Shown: in pieces, positions 48,531 through 56,229 of the stretch
Position numbering within the stretch: the stretch's first letter is position 1
Layout of the letters: each line of letters starts with the position of its first letter
NCBI GenBank assembly: GCA_028683555.1
Contig: JAQUHN010000002.1
Span: 1,233 to 65,232, forward strand
Length of the DNA: 64,000 bases
Origin: Geobacteraceae bacterium
Lineage (GTDB): Bacteria; Desulfobacterota; Desulfuromonadia; Geobacterales; Geobacteraceae
Reading direction: 5' to 3'
Notes under the pieces: generated by a model
Database searches by the model: none
The model's input: only the letters and a program-made list of their open reading frames with translations
What the model was told of the DNA's origin: nothing
Position numbers and translations under genes: made by a program

Positions 48531-49046
48531 ATGGCGTTGAGATTAGAATACAGTCACGATGATGAAACACATCGTAATTTTCTGAACGGTCAACCAGTTG
48601 TCATGCATTCGCACCATTATCTTGCACTGATAACAAAGCTAGTGGAAGACTTGGCTGATATGAGCGCGCCCGAGATTCTCCGCGATGCCGTGGAAGATAC
48701 CATGCGGGCGGTTTTCGATGATTATATCGCGAAAAACGGTCTTACTTCAGCCCAGGACAGATGCAACGTTGGCAGGGAATATTTTTCCGTATTCGGCCTC
48801 GGTAAAATGGTGATTACCGGGGATGAGAATGGCGGCGAGATTCGGTTGCTCCGCTCCCATGTTGATGAGGGTTGGGTTAAGAAATGGGGCGTACATAATA
48901 AACCGATTAACCACTTTACCTGCGGCTATGTTGCGGCCATGTTCGGAGCGGCATTCAACAAGCCTGCACGGAGTTACGTGGTTACCGAGGTTGCCAGCAT
49001 TGCGGCGGGAGATTCGGAAGGAAAGTTTATTGTCAAGACATCCTGA
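48531..49046 (+). CDS. V4R (4-vinyl reductase)-like small-molecule-binding protein
   Basis: GGGGAG Shine-Dalgarno. C-terminal HFTCGYVAAMFGAAFNKPARSYVVTEVASIAAGDSEGKFIV follows the V4R pattern C.F..G...G....V.V.E..C.A.GD..C.F.V, with the distal Cys residues replaced. Confidence 0.65.
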   Translation: MALRLEYSHDDETHRNFLNGQPVVMHSHHYLALITKLVEDLADMSAPEILRDAVEDTMRAVFDDYIAKNGLTSAQDRCNVGREYFSVFGLGKMVITGDENGGEIRLLRSHVDEGWVKKWGVHNKPINHFTCGYVAAMFGAAFNKPARSYVVTEVASIAAGDSEGKFIVKTS

Positions 49047-49064
49047 TAGAGGAGGAGTTTTTTC

Positions 49065-49646
49065 ATGACCGTAATGCGTGATACCGTTGTGAAGTCACTT
49101 GCCAGGGTTACCGTCCAGGCTGATGAAAACGGTTTGATACCTGAATACGAGGTGCTGGTTAACCTGCTTCCCGTTGCACTGCTGAATACCTTCATGGAGA
49201 GAATCATGGCGGCTGCTCCTCCTGAAAGGAAGGCCGAGGTGGAAGCGGGGCTGGTCCGGGCGGCGTATGAATGCGGCTATCATACCGGCTGCGGCATTAT
49301 TACCTCGGATATTTTCAATGAAGTGGTTCTGCCGATGGTTACCGAAGGAGAAAAGGACATCCTGCGTGGCGCATATGCCGCTTTTACCGCATGGGGGTGG
49401 GCTAAATCGGGAATCGTACAGCTGAAAGAAGCGGAAAAGATGGTTATTCGTGCCTTTGATTACTATGAGGCGGACAGTGGCGGTGACGGCCTGCGCGGTT
49501 TCATGCTCCGCGGATTGAGTCAGGCTTTCTTCGACCTTGCCTATGCGGATCCGTATCCGGACGGCATGGATACCTTTGTGTGCCATCAGACAAAGGGTAT
49601 TGAAGCGGGCGATCCCTACGGCGAATTTATCGTGGTGAAGAAGTAA
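49065..49646 (+). CDS. V4R-like small-molecule-binding protein (paralog)
   Basis: GAGGAGG Shine-Dalgarno. C-terminal GFMLRGLSQAFFDLAY...MDTFVCHQTKGIEAGDPYGEFIVV. Confidence 0.6.
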   Translation: MTVMRDTVVKSLARVTVQADENGLIPEYEVLVNLLPVALLNTFMERIMAAAPPERKAEVEAGLVRAAYECGYHTGCGIITSDIFNEVVLPMVTEGEKDILRGAYAAFTAWGWAKSGIVQLKEAEKMVIRAFDYYEADSGGDGLRGFMLRGLSQAFFDLAYADPYPDGMDTFVCHQTKGIEAGDPYGEFIVVKK

Positions 49647-49704
49647 CGAAAGCCACGGTACGAATCATTTTCAGGCAGCTGAGTCGATATCTACGGAGTT
49701 TTTA

Positions 49705-50616
49705 GTGGTCGATCATGTCGTTGGACTTATAGACGGGCATTCCTTTGAGGTTGCCTTGCGAAATGCCGTTGAGGTCAGGTGGAGCGGCATTCTGAACGCT
49801 ATGCAGGGTCCGCAGCAGGTTGGCGTGGTCGTCTTGCAGGATGGTCACATTGCCTGGGCGGTCAGCAACAACCAGACCGAAAATTTTGCTTCCTTTCTGG
49901 AGCGCATCGGTATGGTGCCCAAGGATAAGCTCAATGAAGTCGTGCACAAGTATCGTTCACTGGGAAAGTCGAAAAAACTTGGGACCCTGCTGGAAGAGAC
50001 CGGCCTGATTTCTCATGCTACGTTACGTGACTGTCTTAAGGCCCATGTCAGCGCGGCGCTTTCATCCATGATGGGTGATACTGGAATCATCCTCCAGGCA
50101 AAGGGCGGCGAGATGATTGTGGATTCGAGCCTGATATTTCTTCTGGGAGAAGTGTATCCTGCTTCTCCCGAAGAGAATTCCGCGGAAATTCCGCTAGGTG
50201 TCGTGGATGGATTGGACATGGTAGTGCAAAAAGAGGAGGCATCGCCGGCGGAACCTGATTTCCTGCTGGACCTCGCGGCACTTCCCGGCTACCTCTACTC
50301 ACTGGTTGCAAGCAGCGACGGCAATGCGATTGCTTCCCATGTTGCAGATGGTGAGGCTGTCGAGATACGGCAGGTGCTCCCGGTGCTTCTTGAATGGCTC
50401 GAGGCATCATCCCTCGGTTCTGTCGATATGGGAATGGGGATGGTTTTGTTCGAATTCATTCAGAGTGAGAAGGGTTCTTTATTTATTCATATGGTCGGCA
50501 CGGAGAGCCGTCACTTCCTTGCCGTTGCCTGTGATGAGAAGGCAAAACTTGGAGTTGTCAGGCATAAGATGTCGGAAATAATACCTGAAGTCCGGAAACT
50601 GACGGAAATGCAGTAA
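49705..50616 (+). CDS. DUF4388 (PATAN, with helical insertion)-like domain fused to a Roadblock-like domain
   Basis: GTG start. WSGILNAMQGPQQVGVVVLQDGHIAWA...FLERIGMVPKDKLNEVV...LGTLLEETGLISHATLRDCL..., then LPGYLYSLVASSDGNAIASHV...HFLAVACDEKAKLGVVRHK. Confidence 0.7.
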   Translation: MVDHVVGLIDGHSFEVALRNAVEVRWSGILNAMQGPQQVGVVVLQDGHIAWAVSNNQTENFASFLERIGMVPKDKLNEVVHKYRSLGKSKKLGTLLEETGLISHATLRDCLKAHVSAALSSMMGDTGIILQAKGGEMIVDSSLIFLLGEVYPASPEENSAEIPLGVVDGLDMVVQKEEASPAEPDFLLDLAALPGYLYSLVASSDGNAIASHVADGEAVEIRQVLPVLLEWLEASSLGSVDMGMGMVLFEFIQSEKGSLFIHMVGTESRHFLAVACDEKAKLGVVRHKMSEIIPEVRKLTEMQ

Positions 50617-50635
50617 CACGGATTGGGGAGACGAA

Positions 50636-51451
50636 ATGGCTAATATTGTTTCCATTGTTAGTTCCAAAGGAGGTACCGGAAAGACCACGGTTGCCCTCAA
50701 CCTTGCCGTCGCACTGGCCGAAGCCGGCGATCGCACCCTGTTGATTGATGCGGATCCGCTTGGCGCAATCGGTTTTTCGCTTGGTCAAGGTGATACCGAG
50801 TGGACAGGCCTTGCGGAGTACCTGATGAAGAGGGCTGAGCTCGATGAAACGCTCATCCAGACGAAGCTTCCTTTCTTGTCGATTTTGCCGCGGGGACGTC
50901 TGGATCCTTTGGATGTGGGGATTTACGAGGAAATGCTTAATGCCACGGCGGCACTGGCCGACATCATCGCCGCGGTGGAAGATGATTTCCGCTACGTCAT
51001 CATTGATACTCCTTCCGGTTTGGGGCTTGTAACCAGAGCTGCCCTTGCCGTTAGCACTTTTGCCCTCATTCCCTTGCAGGCGGAACCACTTGCCTTGCGG
51101 GCAATTTCGCAGACCCTGAGGGTTCTGCAGCATATCAAGGAAAATGAGAATAGCGATCTGCATCTGCTCGGCATTCTTGCCACCATGGTGCAGTTGAATA
51201 AAGACGTATCGTTCAATATCATGAATACCGTCTGGGCGTCTTTGGACGGGGTGCTTGAAACATACGTCCCCCGGGCAGATGTCTTCCATGTTGCAAGTGA
51301 GAAGGGGTTGCCCGTATCGTTCTTGCCGGGTAAATATCCTCCTGAAGCAATCAGGTTCGAGTTGCTGGCTACGGAGATTAAAGACATCATTCAAGGTATG
51401 GGTGGTGTGACAGGAGAGCTTGATGAAAGACCGCAGCGTGAACTCATATGA
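50636..51451 (+). CDS. ParA/MinD-family P-loop ATPase (orphan; no ParB nearby)
   Basis: Deviant Walker A IVSIVSSKGGTGKTTVALNLA, LLIDADP, YVIIDTPSG. Confidence 0.85.
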   Translation: MANIVSIVSSKGGTGKTTVALNLAVALAEAGDRTLLIDADPLGAIGFSLGQGDTEWTGLAEYLMKRAELDETLIQTKLPFLSILPRGRLDPLDVGIYEEMLNATAALADIIAAVEDDFRYVIIDTPSGLGLVTRAALAVSTFALIPLQAEPLALRAISQTLRVLQHIKENENSDLHLLGILATMVQLNKDVSFNIMNTVWASLDGVLETYVPRADVFHVASEKGLPVSFLPGKYPPEAIRFELLATEIKDIIQGMGGVTGELDERPQRELI

Positions 51452-52019
51452 TCTGACTGAAGCGCAAAAGATCCTCACTTCCCTTGCTCCATCGACGGGA
51501 ACGGCGTCCCAGGAAAAATCGGTTTCTGCATCAACACCAGGATATCTACGCCTGTCGAAAGAATTTCTGCCGCAGAAAGTTTCGCGCGCAGCAGTGCCGT
51601 CCCTCGAAGATTCCATGGATACCGCTGCTGAGAAAGAAAATCTTCAACCGCAGAAATTCACCAGTTGGGAAAGCTGCATTGCCTGGTGTATGAGCATACT
51701 GCGCGCTGATGCTGCTTTTGTGGTTGACTCGCAAGGTTTTATCATTGCCAGTCGGGGCCGGGTTCCCAGCCACGGTTTCGAAGGTACCGGTGCGGAACTG
51801 GTCTGTTCCGTGGAGCAGTTGGAAAGAGTTGAGCCTGATGCCGGCAAGCTACTTTGGGTGGATCTGGATTATGATAAACGCAGGGTTGCCGCTTTTGTAA
51901 CACCATCGGAAAATGCCGATTTCTTTGTGCTTGGGTTTATTGCGCCCGATCCAGCGTACCATTCACTGAAACAGATTGTTACCCGCCAGATTATCGAGAA
52001 CCTGCCTCATCTTGACTAG
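51423..52019 (+). CDS. hypothetical protein with a Roadblock-like C-terminal half
   Basis: Overlaps the ParA-like gene by 29 nt. N-terminal ~90 aa are S/T/P/E-rich. Then CMSILRADAAFVVDSQGFIIASRG...RVAAFVTPSENADFFVLGFIAPD. Confidence 0.55.
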   Translation: MKDRSVNSYDLTEAQKILTSLAPSTGTASQEKSVSASTPGYLRLSKEFLPQKVSRAAVPSLEDSMDTAAEKENLQPQKFTSWESCIAWCMSILRADAAFVVDSQGFIIASRGRVPSHGFEGTGAELVCSVEQLERVEPDAGKLLWVDLDYDKRRVAAFVTPSENADFFVLGFIAPDPAYHSLKQIVTRQIIENLPHLD

Positions 52020-52166
52020 CAGGTTGTGAGTAATATCTGCGGAGAGTCGTTTAGTGTCGATGCTGTGCGACGCATTCGGCATTACGCACGTTGTTTTTCG
52101 GCAGAGTATTGCAAGGCACCTGCATCCAACTGACAAGCTCTGTAATCGTACCGCCAGACAGACAAG

Positions 52167-52215
52167 ACTCCAGAGCTCTTTTCCCTCAAGGGGGAAAGAG
52201 CTCTGGAGTTTTTTC
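52167..52215 (+). terminator. strong intrinsic terminator about 150 nt downstream of the cassette
   Basis: actccagagctcttttccc-tcaa-gggggaaagagctctggagt (~19-bp stem) followed by T6. Confidence 0.8.
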
Positions 52216-52524
52216 TTGTGCTCTTTGTGTGGTATCCTGATTTTAGCATTTCTTTTGAGGAGTATCGCTTCCAGGCAATAGCAGGTATACTTTTCAGAAC
52301 CTGGCAAGAGTTGTTCTGAAAGTCCGCATCATGCCTGGCGGTAAACATTTTTACCCTGTCAGGTGTCTTTCACTGTTGGTTTTGCCGTGTTTTCTTGGTA
52401 AAGGACCTCTCAGGACGCCTTGTCAGGAGATTCGAACCAGGGTGATTTGTACAGCAAACGGACCATAGCGGAAACATGTGTCAGCATTTTTTAATTCAAT
52501 GTTCTTTTACGGACGAGGGATACA

Positions 52525-53481
52525 ATGACGCAACAAATCAGCGAGTTGCTTTCTGCTGCAATGAATATCCCTGGAAAGTTCTCCGGCAAGCTGATGAGCT
52601 CACTTGCCGTGATACTACTTCTGATGCTTCTTCGCACGCTTGTCCTCAAGGCCGTTTGGCGCAGGACTGAAGCATTTCAAATTCGCTACCGCTGGCGCAA
52701 GTTTTCGAACTATGTGGCTTTCTTTCTGGCACTGCTCTTTCTTGGCAGGGTTTGGTTCGAAGAATTTCAATCGGTGGCAACCTTTTTGGGCCTGTTGTCG
52801 GCAGGTCTGGCAATAGCGCTGAGAGATCCCTTGGTGAATCTGGCCGGATGGATCTTCATCCTCTGGCGGAGGCCGTTCAGTGTCGGAGACCGGATTCAGA
52901 TCGGCACTCATGCCGGAGATGTCATCGATACCAGGATTTTCCAGTTTACCCTCATGGAAATAGGTGGCTGGGTTGACGCGGATCAAAGTACCGGAAGGAT
53001 TGTCCATGTTCCCAACAGCAAAGTCTTTACGGAACCCCAGATCAACTATACGGAAGGTTGGTTTGACTACATCTGGAATGAGATCCCGGTTCTCGTAACG
53101 TTCGAGAGCAACTGGAAAAAAGCCAAGGAAATTCTCGCGGAAATCGTGGAGAGGCATGCCGGTCATCTCGTTACACCTGCTCAGTTCAAAATGAAGGAGT
53201 CTTCCCGCCAGTTCATGATATTTTCTCCCAACCTTGCTCCATCGGTGTTCACTGCGGTGCTTGACAGCGGGGTTCTGTTGACGATGCGATATCTGTGTGA
53301 CCCGCGCCGGCGTCGCGACAGCACCGGCGAGATCTGGGAAGAGGTTCTTGATCGTTTTGCCGAGTGCGACGCTATTGATTTCGCTTACCCGACCCGCCGT
53401 TTTTTCGATAATGTGCGGGAAGGGAAGCACACCGTGAGTGGTGCAACAGTTGCAGGCCATACAGAAAAACCTCATATGTGA
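52525..53481 (+). CDS. MscS-family mechanosensitive channel
   Basis: TM helices, then LVNLAGWIFILWRRPFSVGDRIQIGTHAGDVIDTRIFQFTLMEIG. Confidence 0.85.
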   Translation: MTQQISELLSAAMNIPGKFSGKLMSSLAVILLLMLLRTLVLKAVWRRTEAFQIRYRWRKFSNYVAFFLALLFLGRVWFEEFQSVATFLGLLSAGLAIALRDPLVNLAGWIFILWRRPFSVGDRIQIGTHAGDVIDTRIFQFTLMEIGGWVDADQSTGRIVHVPNSKVFTEPQINYTEGWFDYIWNEIPVLVTFESNWKKAKEILAEIVERHAGHLVTPAQFKMKESSRQFMIFSPNLAPSVFTAVLDSGVLLTMRYLCDPRRRRDSTGEIWEEVLDRFAECDAIDFAYPTRRFFDNVREGKHTVSGATVAGHTEKPHM

Positions 53482-54377
53482 CCCTCTGGGAGAATGTTTT
53501 TCGCCTGACTCGCGGTGAAGATTATCATTGCAACGGGATGGTTATGCAGCAAAAGATGAAAGACGACAATTCCGGACACGAAGGATGGCGTGCTCGTGCG
53601 CATGAAATCATTTTCGAAGCCGATACACCGGCGGGAAAAGCATTTGATGTCGCGTTGATCCTCTGCATTCTGCTGAGCGTCGCTGCTGTCATGCTGGAAA
53701 GCATCGCATCGGTGCGAATGCACTATGGCGCAGCGCTGAGTGTTGCAGAGTGGGTATTTACCCTTCTTTTTACTGTGGAATATGTCTTGCGGCTTCTCAG
53801 TGTCGGAAAACCGCTCAAGTATGCCGGAAGTTTTTTTGGTATTGTTGACCTGTTGGCGATCATTCCTACCTATGTAAGCCTGTTGATACCCGGTTCCCAC
53901 TACTTCCTGGTGATCCGGTTGCTGAGAATTTTGCGGATTTTCCGACTTTTCAAGCTGGTGCAATACCTGAACGAGGCACGCATGATTACCCAGGCATTGC
54001 GGGCGAGTTCGCGCAAGATCGCTGTTTTTCTCTTTACCGTGCTGACCCTGATCGTCATTTTCGGTTCTCTCATCTATATGGTCGAAGGTGAGGAAAACGG
54101 TTTTATCAGCATTCCCCGCAGTATCTACTGGACGATTGTTACCCTGACTACGGTCGGCTATGGCGATATTTCACCAAAAACCGGGCTTGGACAATTTCTG
54201 GCTTCCATTGTCATGATCCTCGGCTATGGCATCATTGCCGTTCCCACCGGAATTGTCACCGTCGAAATGGCCCATGGTTTCAAAAAGGAGGTTACCACCC
54301 AATCCTGTCCGGTTTGCGGAGCAGAGGGCCATGATGCCGATGCCGTACATTGCAAGTTCTGCGGTGGGAAATTATGA
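53478..54377 (+). CDS. voltage-sensor-type K+ channel with a C-terminal zinc ribbon
   Basis: S4-like LVIRLLRILRIFRLFKLV. Selectivity filter TLTTVGYGD. Tail CPVCGAEGHDADAVHCKFCGG. GTG 53478 overlaps the MscS stop (GTGA); an internal ATG start is also possible. Confidence 0.85.
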   Translation: MTLWENVFRLTRGEDYHCNGMVMQQKMKDDNSGHEGWRARAHEIIFEADTPAGKAFDVALILCILLSVAAVMLESIASVRMHYGAALSVAEWVFTLLFTVEYVLRLLSVGKPLKYAGSFFGIVDLLAIIPTYVSLLIPGSHYFLVIRLLRILRIFRLFKLVQYLNEARMITQALRASSRKIAVFLFTVLTLIVIFGSLIYMVEGEENGFISIPRSIYWTIVTLTTVGYGDISPKTGLGQFLASIVMILGYGIIAVPTGIVTVEMAHGFKKEVTTQSCPVCGAEGHDADAVHCKFCGGKL

Positions 54378-54601
54378 CAGAGGCAGGTGGTTCGATCGTC
54401 TCGTGGATCAGGGCGTTTTACCGTGTCATGCGTAACATGCCGTCATACTGAAAAGCCCGGTAGCCGCAGTTGTCGAGTTTTGGCAGGAGTCTTGACAGAA
54501 CTGTCACTTCGGAGTAAGGAAGTACTGCGATGTTCATTCTGGAAATACCCGGGAGAGCTTCTTCCCGTTCCGGGACACACACCATAAAGGAGTAGTTGAG
54601 C

Positions 54602-54853
54602 ATGAGTGACAAGAAGGTGCGGGTAAACAAGCTTATATTGGAGGTGGTGGAGAGGCAGTTAGCCTCCGGCTCTCCCGTTCAGACGCAGGCAACCCTTGAC
54701 CGCTTGGTTGGACAGGGCTTCAGCGAGGAGGATGCCAAGCACCTCATCGGTTCTGTTGTTGTTGTTGAAATGCGCTCCGTTGTTTCGGAAGGAAGGCCTT
54801 TCCAGGAGGAGCGCTATGTTTCCCTGTTACAGAATCTTCCCCAGTTACCGTAA
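54602..54853 (+). CDS. hypothetical small protein
   Basis: AAGGAG Shine-Dalgarno upstream. MSDKKVRVNKLILEVVERQLASGSPVQTQATLDRLVGQGFSEEDAKHLIG... No family recognised. TTG 54596 is an alternative start. Confidence 0.4.
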   Translation: MSDKKVRVNKLILEVVERQLASGSPVQTQATLDRLVGQGFSEEDAKHLIGSVVVVEMRSVVSEGRPFQEERYVSLLQNLPQLP

Positions 54854-54874
54854 CGAAAGTCGTTTGCCGGTGTG

Positions 54875-55381
54875 TCAGAAGACGTGACCGATGCCGATAC
54901 CGAAATGAAAGACCGGATAGGGAAAACCCGGATACGATGAGTCCTGATCCGGCTTCAACAACCGTATCTCCTTAACGGAAATGACAGGGTAGCGATAGGC
55001 GATTCCGTCGAGCGGCAACGTTTTCTCACCGTCTATCCGTCCAACCAGGGAGACGCAAAGCCCGGGCAAGAAAACCATCGGGTCGAGAAATTTATCACTT
55101 AGAGCCAGAAACCTGCCTGCCGACATGGTGGCATTCACCGGTCTTCCCCGGGAGTCCAATTGGTACTGGACAATTTCCAGTTCCCCTCCATCGTTGTTGT
55201 TGCGCACTGCTGCAATGACCCCTCCAAGCAGCACAAATTTCCCCATATATTTTCCCGGTTGTTCCTTGAGCATCGTGAATGGTATCGCCGGATCGACAAG
55301 AGCTAATGATTCCTTGCTGATAACATGTGCGCATCCGCCCAGTAAGGAGATTGCTAGCAGCAGGATAATAATACCGCGCAT
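54875..55381 (-). CDS. Slp-family outer-membrane lipoprotein
   Basis: ATG 55381 after GGAGG. MRGIIILLLAISLLGGCAHV lipobox. GKFVLLGGVIAAVRNN...GRFLA resembles Slp. Confidence 0.7.
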   Translation of the reverse strand: MRGIIILLLAISLLGGCAHVISKESLALVDPAIPFTMLKEQPGKYMGKFVLLGGVIAAVRNNNDGGELEIVQYQLDSRGRPVNATMSAGRFLALSDKFLDPMVFLPGLCVSLVGRIDGEKTLPLDGIAYRYPVISVKEIRLLKPDQDSSYPGFPYPVFHFGIGIGHVF

Positions 55382-55765
55382 TATGGCACCTCCGGAAAAT
55401 ACTGAAATCAGGCACGATCTATAATGCCGAGTTTTGTTCGACGGGATTTGCGGAATTTCTTTGTATGTTTGCACGGACTGAAGAAAAGTCAAGCGAGGCG
55501 AGGGTGGTCCGCTGAAAGCTGAGAGACTTCTTTGCTGTGGGGAAGGAGTTGCCCCGTGGCGGCAGAACCACGGGGCGGAAAAGGAATGGAAAGATTATCT
55601 ATACGCTATATAGTACATTATACTGCGAAAGGCAAGTAAAAAGTTTTTGGTCGGTGCCATCACCCGTTTTGCACGTGATCGGCAATGTGGCTTAGGGGCA
55701 GTAGCAGTGAGGGCAGTGACCTGGCTTAGTCATGAACTTTCCGGTCGCGAGGATGGTGGTGACCG

Positions 55766-56062
55766 CTATTTGTCTTCCGTGTTTGAGTCCTTATCGTCGG
55801 AGTCATCCGGCTCGCTGTCGTGTATCCCGGTGGATTTCTTTATTCTGGTGCCGAAAGAATTAACAGATTCCTTCAGGTTTTCTGCTGATTTTTTGAACTT
55901 TTTCTCCGTTTCCGAAACGGCATCTTTCAATTTGGAGTCTACTTCATCCACGGTATTGTCGATTTCCTTGCCGAGGCGTTCGGCCGGGCCTTCTTTTTTC
56001 TGACAGCCAAGGGGCGAAAGACAGAGCAGTACACTTAGAACCAGGATTACCGATTTGATCAT
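55766..56062 (-). CDS. small lipoprotein, charged and helical
   Basis: ATG 56062. MIKSVILVLSVLLCLSPLGCQKKEGPAERLGKEIDNTVDEVDSKLKDAV... with an acidic tail. Confidence 0.55.
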   Translation of the reverse strand: MIKSVILVLSVLLCLSPLGCQKKEGPAERLGKEIDNTVDEVDSKLKDAVSETEKKFKKSAENLKESVNSFGTRIKKSTGIHDSEPDDSDDKDSNTEDK

Positions 56063-56229
56063 GAAAACTCCTTTCGTTATTTGCCTGCTGCAGCACATCG
56101 CCATGCTCACAGGTTGATGATAACTTTCCAGGTGCAACCTGGTTAAACTCATTTGTTATGCCAAAATACCCCAGGCATTTTCGGGGTATGGCTTTAAAGG
56201 TTGGACGGTACAAACTTTCCGCTGGTAAC

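Noticed and set aside
52420-52450. gattcgaacc, the reverse complement of a tRNA T-loop core GGTTCGAATC, suggesting a minus-strand tRNA or an att-site remnant
   Set aside because: The flanking bases cannot form a T-stem (ccctgg / ctcctg do not pair), and no acceptor or anticodon arms can be drawn. It is probably a chance match.
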